The position numbers and the translations under genes are program-made. Positions 19,625 to 29,477 of a DNA stretch of 64,000 nt are shown piece after piece (position 1 is the stretch's first letter; each line of letters begins with the position of its first letter). The DNA comes from Candidatus Latescibacterota bacterium (GTDB lineage: Bacteria > Latescibacterota > UBA2968 > GCA-2709665). The notes beneath the pieces are model-generated. The model saw nothing but the letters and a program-made list of their open reading frames with translations, was not told the origin of the DNA and searched no databases. The DNA lies in assembly GCA_965237675.1 (NCBI GenBank), contig OZ250150.1:3136001-3200000 (forward strand), given 5' to 3'.

Positions 19625-20653
19625 ATGGTGGAACCGGTGCAACCCGTAGACGTCGCCGTTATCGGCCCGGGTCGGATGGGCGGACTCTACGCTCGGATTC
19701 TCGATCAGTCGGCGCTGACGCGGCTGGTTGCCGTCTGCGGGCAGGGGGAGGTCGCCGCGCGGAACGTGGCGACGGAAATGGGGGTGCCGGTCTATACCGG
19801 GGCTCGCTACAACGACATGCTCTCCGACCATCCACAGATTGAAGCGGTCGTTGTCGCCACCTCCGAATGGGCGCACGCGGACCCCGTCGCGGCCTGTCTG
19901 GAGTTCGGGAAGCATGTCCTTGTGGAAAAACCGATGGCGACGTCCCCTTCAGACGCTGTCCGGATGGCGCGTGGAGCGGATCGGAACGGCGTCCATCTGA
20001 TGGTATGCCATAGCCTGCGTTTCGACCCCCGATTCGCCGCCATGCGGGAGACTGTGGCTCGTGGCGAAATTGGTGAGGTTCTCCACGTGTACAGCCGGAG
20101 GTCCTCGCAGCCCGCCGCCGTCGATAGGGTGCTCGGCCGCTTTCCGCTGGCCTACTGGTTGTTGCCCCACGACATCGATCTGGCACTCTGGACGTCCCGA
20201 AGCCCGGTCGCGCGGGTGATGGCCACCTCGAGGTCCGGGGGACGGAGCCGGCAGGATCTGATTGTCGTCGTCCTCACCTTCGACTGCGGCGCAGTTGCCG
20301 TTCTGGAAAATGTATGGGGTTCGCCCATCCGGGGAGGGCGGCCTCAGAACCAACTCTTCACCGTACGCGGCACGACCGGGGCCGTAGAGGTCCTTCCTTA
20401 CGAAAATGGTCTCGCGATTTACGGCGCGAACGACGTCGTGTATCCCGATACATCCGTCGCTCCCGACGTTCACGGCCAGACGGAGGGCACGTCACGTTCA
20501 CTGATCAGGCACTTCGCGGGGGTGGTACGGAACTTGTGGAAGCCGCTGATCACCCCCCGGGACGGGGTGGAGGTCGTCCGGATCGCGTCTGCGGTCGATG
20601 CCTCTCTGGAGGAGGGCCGCGAGATTACCATTTCACCGAAGGGGGATGCATGA
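19625..20653 (+). CDS. Gfo/Idh/MocA family oxidoreductase
   Basis: IGPGRMG, GKHVLVEKPMA, HDID. Confidence 0.9.
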   Translation: MVEPVQPVDVAVIGPGRMGGLYARILDQSALTRLVAVCGQGEVAARNVATEMGVPVYTGARYNDMLSDHPQIEAVVVATSEWAHADPVAACLEFGKHVLVEKPMATSPSDAVRMARGADRNGVHLMVCHSLRFDPRFAAMRETVARGEIGEVLHVYSRRSSQPAAVDRVLGRFPLAYWLLPHDIDLALWTSRSPVARVMATSRSGGRSRQDLIVVVLTFDCGAVAVLENVWGSPIRGGRPQNQLFTVRGTTGAVEVLPYENGLAIYGANDVVYPDTSVAPDVHGQTEGTSRSLIRHFAGVVRNLWKPLITPRDGVEVVRIASAVDASLEEGREITISPKGDA

Positions 20654-21033
20654 TCCGATCGATAGAGCATATCGCGATTGTTGCGGCCGACCCCAACACG
20701 CTCGCCCGCTGGTACTGTGACATCCTGGGTTTTGAGATGATCCTTGAAAACGACGAGAGCCAGACCTATTTCTTGCGCCTTCCAGGCGGAGGCATTCTGG
20801 AGTTCCTGCCGTCGAACCAACGGCCGCCCGCGGAAAGCGCCGCCGATGACGCCGGCATTCGGCATATCGCGCTCGCGGTGGATAACTTCGATTCGGCGTG
20901 CCGGATGCTGGAGAGACGTGGCGCCGAATTTGTGGGGCCGTACCGCGAGACGTCAACGGGGACCCGGTTCAACTTCCTGGCGGACCCGGAGGGGAATTTG
21001 CTCCAGATCGTATACAGGGCCGAGCCACTATAG
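20650..21033 (+). CDS. VOC/glyoxalase family protein
   Basis: IEHIAIV..WYCDILGF..GIRHIALAV..DPEGNLLQI; ATGA overlap with the upstream gene. Confidence 0.88.
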   Translation: MIRSIEHIAIVAADPNTLARWYCDILGFEMILENDESQTYFLRLPGGGILEFLPSNQRPPAESAADDAGIRHIALAVDNFDSACRMLERRGAEFVGPYRETSTGTRFNFLADPEGNLLQIVYRAEPL

Positions 21034-21091
21034 CGATCGCACAGCCTGCCCCGGCGGGCGCCTGCGATCTTGCCCCGCGGACGGATCCGTC

Positions 21092-22168
21092 TCAACGTTG
21101 AAATTTCGGCTGCCGGGGCGGCCTGTTTCGCTGCAAACGGTACCGGCTCCCCATCAGCGGCAATTCGACCCGTGCGCCACCCCGAGCATGCGATTCGACA
21201 AAAGCGAAGATGAGTTCCGTGTTTGCCCGCGCCGTTCTGACGCCGCCGCGTGGCGGTTCGCCGGTGTCAAGCGAGCGGACGAGATCTTCGATCAGCCGCT
21301 GGGTTGAACTGGCCGGTTTGAAAGCTGGAAACTCCCCCGTCGTCAGAACGGACCGGCCGCGATGGTCCTCGGCGCCGTGTTCGCGCACGTGCCATTCAAC
21401 CCCGTTGCGCAGGCCTGAGACCACGCCACGGTCGCCCACCGCCTCCACTTCCATACCCCGTCCGGAATTCAGCGCGTAGGCGGTGACGCCGTTTTCGAAT
21501 TGAAGGATGCCGTGTCCAATCGGGTCTTCGGACAGGCGTTCGCCGTCGATCACCTGGTCCCCGTTTGGCAGATGGGCCTGAACCCACGATACGGGATTGT
21601 CGTTGTTAAGCCACATGAGCACGTCGAAGCTGTGACTGGCTCCATTGAAAAGGGGGCCCGTCTGATGGACGATCAGCGACCGCAACCGGCCGGTCCGTCC
21701 GCTGTCGATCACGTCTTTCATCGCGTCGAATCCCGGATCCCAGCGGCGGTTGGTGCCCAGGTTGAAAACGGCGCCGTGACGCTCGACCGCTTCCACCATC
21801 GCGTCGGCTTCGTCGAGCGATGCGGCCATGGCCTTTTCACCATAGATCGCGCTGACTCCCCGCTCTGCCGCGTCCACGACGATTTTCGCGCGCTGTTCGG
21901 GCTGCGTGGCCACGCTGACGATATCCGGTCGCTCGCGTTCAAGCATTTCTCTGTAGTCGAGATATTGCTTGTCGTCTGGCACGCCATAGCGGCGTCCGAC
22001 CTGTCTCATCGCTTCGCCGCGTAAATCCGAACAGGCGATCATTTCCGTACGTTCGCACGCCTCGTATCCCGCCGCATGCGAATAAGCGCCCCAGGAATCC
22101 GGTACTTCGTTGTCGATAAAGGCGCCCATTCGGCTACACCCGATCAGCGCGGCTTTGTAGATTTTCAT
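21092..22168 (-). CDS. Gfo/Idh/MocA family oxidoreductase
   Basis: AALIGCSRMG, PDIVSVAT, YGEKAMA, SHSFD. Confidence 0.88.
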   Translation of the reverse strand: MKIYKAALIGCSRMGAFIDNEVPDSWGAYSHAAGYEACERTEMIACSDLRGEAMRQVGRRYGVPDDKQYLDYREMLERERPDIVSVATQPEQRAKIVVDAAERGVSAIYGEKAMAASLDEADAMVEAVERHGAVFNLGTNRRWDPGFDAMKDVIDSGRTGRLRSLIVHQTGPLFNGASHSFDVLMWLNNDNPVSWVQAHLPNGDQVIDGERLSEDPIGHGILQFENGVTAYALNSGRGMEVEAVGDRGVVSGLRNGVEWHVREHGAEDHRGRSVLTTGEFPAFKPASSTQRLIEDLVRSLDTGEPPRGGVRTARANTELIFAFVESHARGGARVELPLMGSRYRLQRNRPPRQPKFQR

Positions 22169-22356
22169 GGTTTTCTTCTCCCCCTTTTTAAAGGGTTTCT
22201 GTCCGAGCCCAGAGGGAATTTTCAGGGTCGGCCAAGCCGAAACCCGCGCCGCATCGGACGCCCCGAAAACTCGATCAGGCGTTTCCATGTGCGGGATCGC
22301 TAATATTCGACCATCGGGCGGGGATGTCAAGGGCAAACGATTGAAAGGGACTGCCA

Positions 22357-24474
22357 ATGCCACCCGGAATCAGCCGCTCAAGAATGCGCCATATCTCCCA
22401 GAAGGACCTCTTCGCCGCGTTGAAACTGGATCAGCCCGGCCTCAAACCCGTCCGTGAGGCGGCCATGGCGCGCCGCTGGAAGGATGCCTATTCCGCCTGG
22501 GGCGCCTACTTTGCAGGGAGAAAAACCGGGAAAAATCTTGTAGACCGTTTTGAGAGGCGCCCAGGCGCCGACGCGATTGAGCAGGCGGAACGATTGGTAA
22601 AGCACGAAATCACGTATCAGGGATGGCAGACGCCCACCTACAAATTCGGGAAGCGGGTCGACTTCAACGCGGACTGGGGGCAGAGCGGCAAATACGGCAT
22701 GCACTACTGGTTCTGGAGCGATCCGCTGCGCGTGGCTTTCGCGAAGTCGGGCGATCTGAGATACGCAGCGTGTTTCCAGGAACTGTTCAAACAGTGGTAC
22801 GAACAGCGGAATGTTATCGAGAATACCATTCCTCGTCTCGACGTGATCTTTTACGAACTTGGGATCGGAGGCAGGAATCCACAGTTTGTCGACCACTATT
22901 TCGCATATAGAAAGACGGGCGTTCTCGAATGGCGAACTCACGAACGTCTTCTGAAGACCATTCTGGGCGGGTGCCGGTGGCTCAACCTGCTCGAACGTGA
23001 AGGATACGTGAGCGGGAACTGGCAGTTGACCGGGTCATTCGCCCTTGTCTACTGCGGCGGGCTCTTTCCTGAATTCCGCGAGGCCGGGGACTGGGTCGAG
23101 ATAGGGATGCGGCGAATTGCCGAACATGCCGAAAAGGATTTCTTCGCGGACGGCTGCCACTCCGAGCGCACGGCCGGCTACGGCGTCGTGAGCCTTCGTT
23201 GCGTTCAACGAACGGTGGATTTTGCAGACCTGAATCCACACGTCCCGTTGCCGGAGCACTTGAAATCCCGCCTCGTGGAAATGTACGAGTGGTTTCTGGC
23301 AACCGCGACGCCGCTGGGCGAGTCCATTGGCTTCAACGACGGTGGTTTTGCCAACCAGGACGACCTTCTGAAGGAAGCGGTCCGGTATACCGGCAGCGGG
23401 CGTTATCTCTGGCCGGTGCGCGACAGGATTCGATCCCGTGGCAAGGTGTGTCCTGAAAAGCCAGCTTTCTCGTCGATCAACCTTGCGCCTTCCGGGTATG
23501 CGGTGATGCGGTCGGGCTGGGACCGAAATGCGCTTTATATGGTCATCAATTACGGCGGCTGGGGCGGCGGTCACAGCCACAACGATCTGCTCGATTTCTC
23601 GATGTATGCGTATGGAAAACCCCTCGCGCTGGAGACAACCCGGTGGGGATCCTACGATAATCCGCTGAATCACTTCTTCCGGTCTCCGCGGGCCCACAAT
23701 CAGGTCGTTGTCAACGATGCGCCGCTCGACCGGGTCAATCACCGCGGCGAAGACGTCGTGTGGGTGTCCGGGGAAGGGATGGACTATTTTTCCGCCAGAC
23801 ATCGCGGCTACGAGATTGAATTCGGCGTGATCGTTGAACGGAGGATTGTGTTTCTGAAACCGTGCTATTTCCTGGTCTCAGATACCGTTTTGGAGGCCGA
23901 GCGGCATCATGCGTACACCTGGTATCTGCATTCGCCGTACAAATGGCGGGCGGGAAAGCGCCGATCGATCACCGGGGATGGTCCCGGGCTTCAGGTCGTT
24001 CCTGCCAAACCCTCTGAAATCCGCCACGTGCGACATGGCGTTTCATACGTGGAAGCCGATGGCGCGCCGCATCCTTACCCTGACCGGTATTGGATTGGAC
24101 TGCAGAAATGGATTTCAGGCAAGAACCAGTTCTCCCTCCTATACGACGTTGCGCTGGTGCCATTCAGAAAGATCCCGGCACCGGTGGGCATCGCCCGGGT
24201 GCCAGTGGACGTAAATGGGCGCAGAGCGCCGATGCATCTGGCGCATGGAATACGCGTGGAGCGGAACCGACGAACAGACTTGATCGTCTATGGAACAGGG
24301 GAAGGAGATCGGGTCGTGTGTGGAGATCTGAGTTTTAGAGGACGGCTCTGCGTCGTGTCGTTTGAAAACGGCAGGATCATTTACGGCGCGGTTGCCCACG
24401 GTGACGAGGTCGCTTACAAGGGCAGGCCGCTCATTCTGGGGAAATTGCGCGACCTCACCGAACGGGCGCCGTAA
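22357..24474 (+). CDS. Heparinase II/III family protein (polysaccharide lyase-like)
   Basis: GNWQ, DGCHSE..GY, SGYAVMRSGW, GGHSHNDLL, AHNQVVVND. Confidence 0.85.
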   Translation: MPPGISRSRMRHISQKDLFAALKLDQPGLKPVREAAMARRWKDAYSAWGAYFAGRKTGKNLVDRFERRPGADAIEQAERLVKHEITYQGWQTPTYKFGKRVDFNADWGQSGKYGMHYWFWSDPLRVAFAKSGDLRYAACFQELFKQWYEQRNVIENTIPRLDVIFYELGIGGRNPQFVDHYFAYRKTGVLEWRTHERLLKTILGGCRWLNLLEREGYVSGNWQLTGSFALVYCGGLFPEFREAGDWVEIGMRRIAEHAEKDFFADGCHSERTAGYGVVSLRCVQRTVDFADLNPHVPLPEHLKSRLVEMYEWFLATATPLGESIGFNDGGFANQDDLLKEAVRYTGSGRYLWPVRDRIRSRGKVCPEKPAFSSINLAPSGYAVMRSGWDRNALYMVINYGGWGGGHSHNDLLDFSMYAYGKPLALETTRWGSYDNPLNHFFRSPRAHNQVVVNDAPLDRVNHRGEDVVWVSGEGMDYFSARHRGYEIEFGVIVERRIVFLKPCYFLVSDTVLEAERHHAYTWYLHSPYKWRAGKRRSITGDGPGLQVVPAKPSEIRHVRHGVSYVEADGAPHPYPDRYWIGLQKWISGKNQFSLLYDVALVPFRKIPAPVGIARVPVDVNGRRAPMHLAHGIRVERNRRTDLIVYGTGEGDRVVCGDLSFRGRLCVVSFENGRIIYGAVAHGDEVAYKGRPLILGKLRDLTERAP

Positions 24475-24618
24475 CGGGAAAGAGAGGTACGGAACCGCCA
24501 GTTTGTTGCGAAATGCCTGCCAGGGCATCGCGGCGAAATTTTTTCGGCTGCATGTTGACGGTTCGATCGTTCTTCGCCGTTGAGCCAAAACTTCAGCCCT
24601 TTGATCCGGAGGAACGCC

Positions 24619-25698
24619 ATGTCCAATCTTGCCATCCCCACGGAACCTATCGGTTCCATTCCCCGTACCGCGGAACTGGTCCGCGCCGACAAACAGTTCC
24701 GCGAAGGCGGGATCAGCCAGCAGGCGCTGGATGCCGTCGCGCATCAAGCGACCGTCGAGACCATGCGCGGATTAGAGGAGACGGGTTCGCCCGTCATTAG
24801 CGACGGTGAGCAGCGCAAGTTCGGCGGTTTTGCCTTTTATTGTCTGCACGGAGCGGACAACATTGCTCCCGACGGCGTGGAAGTTCAGTTTTCGGATGGT
24901 CACACCCGGCAGCTCCCGCGTCTGACATCCGGCCCGTTCCGGTATACGCAAAGCGCCGACCGCTTTCTCGATTCCGCGTTGAAATACGCGCGCGCTTCCG
25001 TCAAGCAGGCCGTGATTTCACCCTCCCTGTTGAGTCTCATTTATCCGTCGGACGGGATCGAGGATTATTCACGTGAACAGTTCGTTGCGGACCTCACGCG
25101 CGAGCACGTCGAGGAAGTTCGCCGGTGCCTGGACGCGGGCGCGCACAGGGTCCAGATCGACTTCACCGAAGGACGCCTCGCCGTCAAACTGGATCCGTCG
25201 GGCGAACTTCTCAATAGCTTTGTGGCGTTGCTGAATTCCGGCCTGGAAGCGTTTACCGAGGAAGAACGTACGAAGTTGGGCGTTCACACCTGCCCGGGGG
25301 GCGATTGGGACGCCACCCACAGTGCCGATGTGGATTACAGCGACCTGCTGCCGACGCTTTTCGAGATAAAAGTGGGCAATTTCTATGTCGCTATGGCCTC
25401 CGAAAAAGACCCCGGAAAGGCCCTGGAACTGATCCGGACGCTCATCCGACCCGGCCACCGTGTCTTTGTCGGCGTTATCGATGCGATCGATCCCCGCGTG
25501 GAGTCGTCCGAAGAAGTGAGAGACCGCGTTGTGGAAGCCGCCAGATACATACCGACAGCGCAACTGGGCACAACGGACGATTGTGGTTTTTCGCCCTTTG
25601 CGGATGACCTGTCCACCTCCCGCGAACTGGCGTTTGCCAAAATCCGCGCGCGCGTGGAAGGTACTCGGCTTGCTGAGGCTGCACTGCGGGGAGCTTGA
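24619..25698 (+). CDS. Cobalamin-independent methionine synthase II family (MetE C-terminal-like)
   Basis: PTEPIGSIPR, ISDGEQRK, VQIDFTE, Zn ligands HTC and DDCGF. Confidence 0.88.
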   Translation: MSNLAIPTEPIGSIPRTAELVRADKQFREGGISQQALDAVAHQATVETMRGLEETGSPVISDGEQRKFGGFAFYCLHGADNIAPDGVEVQFSDGHTRQLPRLTSGPFRYTQSADRFLDSALKYARASVKQAVISPSLLSLIYPSDGIEDYSREQFVADLTREHVEEVRRCLDAGAHRVQIDFTEGRLAVKLDPSGELLNSFVALLNSGLEAFTEEERTKLGVHTCPGGDWDATHSADVDYSDLLPTLFEIKVGNFYVAMASEKDPGKALELIRTLIRPGHRVFVGVIDAIDPRVESSEEVRDRVVEAARYIPTAQLGTTDDCGFSPFADDLSTSRELAFAKIRARVEGTRLAEAALRGA

Positions 25699-25797
25699 AA
25701 ACGACGGGTCATCGCCTGTCGGTAAACGGTGCGCATTAGCACGAAATTCAAGCGAATCGGTGGTCGCCCGAACCCGCGGTGCGATCCCATATTCCGC

Positions 25798-25826
25798 TTG
25801 ACTTCGCCCATTATTTCGTATAGATT
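25798..25826 (+). promoter_or_regulatory. Sigma70 promoter upstream of tRNA-Val
   Basis: TTGACT-17 nt-TAGATT, same -10 as the tRNA-Phe promoter. Confidence 0.6.
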
Positions 25827-25938
25827 TGCTGTCTGAAATAGCCTATGGGATGGCGCCGCTGATTCGAATTGATGCTATCCCCGGCCGTGCAATTCTAATG
25901 GGTTTCGAGGTGTTTGGCAAGACTGGTACGCAATGGAT

Positions 25939-26015
25939 GGGCGATTAGCTCAGGTGGTTAGAGTGCTTGCTTGACATGCAAGAGGTCACTGGTTCGAGTC
26001 CAGTATCGCCCACCA
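25939..26015 (+). tRNA. tRNA-Val(GAC)
   Basis: GGGCGAT/ATCGCCC acceptor stem, CTTGC-TTGACAT-GCAAG anticodon arm, GGTTCGAGTCC, CCA end; 77 nt. Confidence 0.97.
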
Positions 26016-26036
26016 TTTCAATTAACTGAAAATAAC

Positions 26037-26071
26037 GGGCCTGTGGTAAATTTACCACAGGCCCTGTTTCA
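26037..26071 (+). terminator. tRNA-Val terminator hairpin (target of the intron)
   Basis: Perfect 28-nt palindrome GGGCCTGTGGTAAATTTACCACAGGCCC followed by TGTTTCA. Confidence 0.8.
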
Positions 26072-26788
26072 GTGTGCCGAGCATGATCGACAGCTTGGAG
26101 GTGGAAGTCCTCTATCCAGCCTGATGGCTGCGAAGGGTTAGCGAAGCGCAAGGGCATTGTCGCGAGGGGATGTCTGAAGGAAGCGCGTAGCAAAGGCGCG
26201 ACCCGATGGACAAGAACCGGATAGGAGGCCTACCCGGCGGGACGAGCGAGCTGATGATCGCGAAGTCCAATGCCATCAAGTGCCGGGGTGGTAAATCCGG
26301 CGGGTGTGCGCTGAAGGCGGTCGATCTTACGTCGGGAGGTCTGCGTCGTGTCCGGAGGGAGAGGACTGAGCGGCTCGTAAGGGCCGTGATCGCGGCGCAG
26401 AAGTCAGCAGAGGGCATAGTAGCCGGGCGACCGGCGAAGGCCCAAACGATGGACAGGACAAGTAGGACGGCACGCTTATGCGCACCAGGCGGCAGAAAAT
26501 CCAGTTGGAACTGGCCTTGGCACCGGTGGCGAAGGGTGAAGCCCGGGCCGCCGCCACCGCGTCGGTAAGCACCTGGCGGCGCAGACCGCCGGTAGCCCCC
26601 ACGGACCCTGGCGGCTCAGCAACAGTCCCGCCCTTTCCATCGCCTTGTCCAACGCCTTCTTCGCCAAGCTTGGGCTCGCTTCTCTTTCGCCCGGCTTGAC
26701 CGCATAAATCCATCGAACCGCCGTGTACGGACCCGTACGCACGGTGGTGTGGGAGGGGCGGAGCCGCAAGGCTCCCCCCTATCCCGAT
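26072..26788 (+). mobile_element. Group IIC intron, internally deleted (no intact RT ORF), 717 nt
   Basis: 5' GTGTGCCGAGCATG; domain I landmarks TTAGC.AAGCGCAAGGG, TCTGAAGGAAGC, TCTTACGTCGGGAGGTCTG; DIII AAGTCAGCAGAGGGCATAGTA; short IIC domain V GAACCGCCGTGTACGGACCCGTACGCACGGTGG; domain VI ending CCTATCCCGAT; located just after a terminator. Confidence 0.92.
26478..26707 (+). pseudogene. Remnant of the intron reverse transcriptase/maturase (N-terminus joined out of frame to C-terminus)
   Basis: MRTRRQKIQLELALAPVAKGEAR, then in another frame RVGKHLAAQTAGSPHGPWRLSNSPALSIALSNAFFAKLGLASL..* which resembles the maturase C-terminus. No YADD. Confidence 0.8.
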
Positions 26789-27005
26789 TTTTCATCTGTG
26801 GCGCTCCAATATCCCGGTCCGGATGAACCATAGCGGAAACGACCCGGTATGCATCCATCGTGAAAGGAATGACGACCCGAGCGCGAAACGCACCCCGCGG
26901 CAGACCTGCGGTCCATGCCGGACACCCGTGAGTTCCAGGCATCGGAGGTTTTTCGTCGTTGTTCTTGCTTTAGCCGTCGCATTTCAGTAACATACCGCCG
27001 AGCCT

Positions 27006-28235
27006 GTGCAACGTCGCGAACCATCGCCTTCAACGAGAGAACACGTGGTCACCGCCGCGAGAGGAACAGGATCTGTGCAGGAAATAAACCAGCAGGAAGC
27101 GCGGTATTCCGAAGATCTAAGCGCGACGCCGTTGGGCTACGGGAGCGCGGTTTTCGACAGAAGGAAGTTCGTTCAGGCGCTCGACGATATCTACGGCCAG
27201 ACGGATGTGGATGTACTGCGAACCAAAACGTTGAGTGTTCAAAACGTCGTCGAATCTCCTGAACGCAGTTCCGACGGATTCTCGGAGCCGAGCCCGGGGC
27301 GCGATACCGTTTCGTTGCGAAGGGATGTGCTGATTTCGGAACTGAACCAGATCCTGGAGGCGCGGACGGTCGAACGCGCAAGGTATTACGTCAAGCGGTT
27401 GCGTGACGGCGTCCAGAAGGTCAGGAAGACGGAGATCAACGACATCAATCTCCTGAGGTGGAAGGAGTATGAGGACGTCCTGACGGACAGTCTGTGGGTC
27501 ATGAAGCGGCGGGATTCGACGGGCGGGCATCTCGGGTGGTATTGGGGCAACTTTATCCCTCAGATTCCCCAACAGATGATGCTCAGATACACCCGCCGGC
27601 AGGATTGGGTAATGGACACATTTGTCGGTAGCGGGACCACGCTGATCGAGTGCAGACGGCTCGGGCGTAACGGCATCGGCCTGGAACTCAATCAGGGCAT
27701 CGCCGCAGAGGCAAAAAAGCTTGTTGAGTCAACCCGAAATGACGACGACGTGACAACGGAAATCGTGGTTGGCGACAACCGAAAGATGGACATTCGCGGC
27801 GCGCTGGTGAAGTGTCGCGTCAGGCAGGTGCAGCTTCTCATCATGCATCCTCCGTACCACGATATCATTCGATTCTCCGATGACCGCGAAGATCTCTCAA
27901 ACGCCGGAAGTACCGAAGCGTTTCTTCGCATGTTCGGCCAGGCTGTGGACAACGCGACACCGTACCTGGAGAAGGATCGGTATTTCGTCCTGGTCGTGGG
28001 GGACAAATACGCCAGAGGAACGTGGATACCTCTCGGGTTCTACTGTATGAATGAGGTCCTGAAAAGACCCTACTCGCTTAAGAGCATCGTTGTGAAAAAT
28101 TTCGACGAGACCCGATCCAAGCGGAACCAGGCGGAACTCTGGCGTTACCGTGCCCTTGCCGGCGGCTTCTATGTCTTTAAACACGAATACATTTTTCTTT
28201 TCAGGAAAACGGGCGAATCGTCTGCGGGTGCCTGA
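27006..28235 (+). CDS. Orphan amino (N4-C/N6-A) DNA methyltransferase; true start possibly GTG 27075
   Basis: GNFIPQIP, DTFVGSGTT (motif I) preceding HPPY (motif IV), KHEYIFLFRK. Confidence 0.82.
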   Translation: MQRREPSPSTREHVVTAARGTGSVQEINQQEARYSEDLSATPLGYGSAVFDRRKFVQALDDIYGQTDVDVLRTKTLSVQNVVESPERSSDGFSEPSPGRDTVSLRRDVLISELNQILEARTVERARYYVKRLRDGVQKVRKTEINDINLLRWKEYEDVLTDSLWVMKRRDSTGGHLGWYWGNFIPQIPQQMMLRYTRRQDWVMDTFVGSGTTLIECRRLGRNGIGLELNQGIAAEAKKLVESTRNDDDVTTEIVVGDNRKMDIRGALVKCRVRQVQLLIMHPPYHDIIRFSDDREDLSNAGSTEAFLRMFGQAVDNATPYLEKDRYFVLVVGDKYARGTWIPLGFYCMNEVLKRPYSLKSIVVKNFDETRSKRNQAELWRYRALAGGFYVFKHEYIFLFRKTGESSAGA

Positions 28236-28479
28236 ACCCTTCCTGTGTTCTCCCGGGGTATCGAAATCCTGGTCTGCTCAGGAAGATAGCCGCGCACCGT
28301 GTGTTTGCATAAAAAGTACACCAAATAACCGCACGGCTCCCATAATGAGTCTGCGCTTACGAAAGGAAAAACAGTGATACCGAACCCAACGGCAGCCCGT
28401 CCAGGGCCCTGCGTTGCTGACGGTCCTGAACGTCTGTGTCTACCGCAGAAACCTGCCGACTTAGCAAGGAGCATGTGAC

Positions 28480-29295
28480 ATGAAGACCTCGGACACGGCT
28501 GCTGATGTGTCGATGCAGAGAGAATCCGCCCAGATCCACCCCATGTCGGAATACGAGAAGTTTCTCTTCGACCTTAAGGGTTTCCTCGTTATTCCGGGCG
28601 TGCTCACCGACCAGGAAATTCAAACGGTACGTGAGCACATGGAAGTTCTCCTGAAAGATCCGGAGCGCCTGCCCGGACACCTCCAGGCGCCAATTGCCGG
28701 GCCCGCGGAATTCCTCATCGATCATCCGAGAGTCATGGGTCTCCTGCAGGAGGTCATTCATCCGGATCGCGATCGCATTCGTCTCGAGAGCGTCTTTATT
28801 TCCGGGCGCTCCATCAAGAATTCCGAAAATCAGTGGCGGCCCCACGTGGGCGGGACAAATCTCGATCCGTCCCTGTCCTACCGTTTTCACAACGGCCGGA
28901 TCTACAGTGGGATGACACGCATTGTCTGGGAACTGAACGAAGTCAAAAAGGGACAGGGCGGCACGTGCCTGGTGCCGGGCTCGCACAAGGCCAATCTGTT
29001 TTCGGCGCAGGAAGGGACGTGGCCGGTGGAAGCCGACGATCCGGACTCTGGAGTCTGGGAGACCTATGGATGCCCTCCGGGAAGTCTCGTCATGTTTTCC
29101 GAGGGCGTTCGCCATACCGGATCTGCCTGGACAAACCCGGACAATCCCCGTCGGGCTATCCTCATCGCGTACAACCATGTGACGGTTCGGTTTCACGAAC
29201 CCAAACCGTGTATGAATCCCCAGGTGATCGGCGGCATGTCCGGATCGCGTCGGAAGTTCTTCCGGGAGGTATGGTACCTGCGCAACAGGAGATAA
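28480..29295 (+). CDS. PhyH-family Fe/2OG enzyme with HxG in place of HxD
   Basis: FDLKGFLVIPGVL, RPHVGG, GGTCLVPGSHK, VRHTG, RRAILIAY; AAGGAG RBS. Confidence 0.85.
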   Translation: MKTSDTAADVSMQRESAQIHPMSEYEKFLFDLKGFLVIPGVLTDQEIQTVREHMEVLLKDPERLPGHLQAPIAGPAEFLIDHPRVMGLLQEVIHPDRDRIRLESVFISGRSIKNSENQWRPHVGGTNLDPSLSYRFHNGRIYSGMTRIVWELNEVKKGQGGTCLVPGSHKANLFSAQEGTWPVEADDPDSGVWETYGCPPGSLVMFSEGVRHTGSAWTNPDNPRRAILIAYNHVTVRFHEPKPCMNPQVIGGMSGSRRKFFREVWYLRNRR

Positions 29296-29385
29296 TCGAA
29301 GATTTGCACCGGACCGGGTCCACGGAATTCCCTTATGAATCCGGATGGCTTTTTTCCGATGATCGGGTCCCGGCTGGAAGAACGG

Positions 29386-29420
29386 AAAAGCCCGGCCAAA
29401 CACGCTCACCGGGCTTTTTT
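29386..29420. terminator. Bidirectional terminator between convergent PhyH genes
   Basis: AAAAGCCCGG..CCGGGCTTTTTT. Confidence 0.65.
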
Positions 29421-29477
29421 CGTCTCAGTATTTTTTTCGGATTTCGACCTCACACGTGTATTGGCAGACGGCCGCGA

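Noticed and set aside
24475-24618. SAM or cobalamin riboswitch upstream of the MetE-like gene
   Set aside because: No recognisable consensus elements.
26112-26769. ORFs overlapping the intron (e.g. 26206..26568, 26327..26713)
   Set aside because: Spurious translations of ribozyme sequence.
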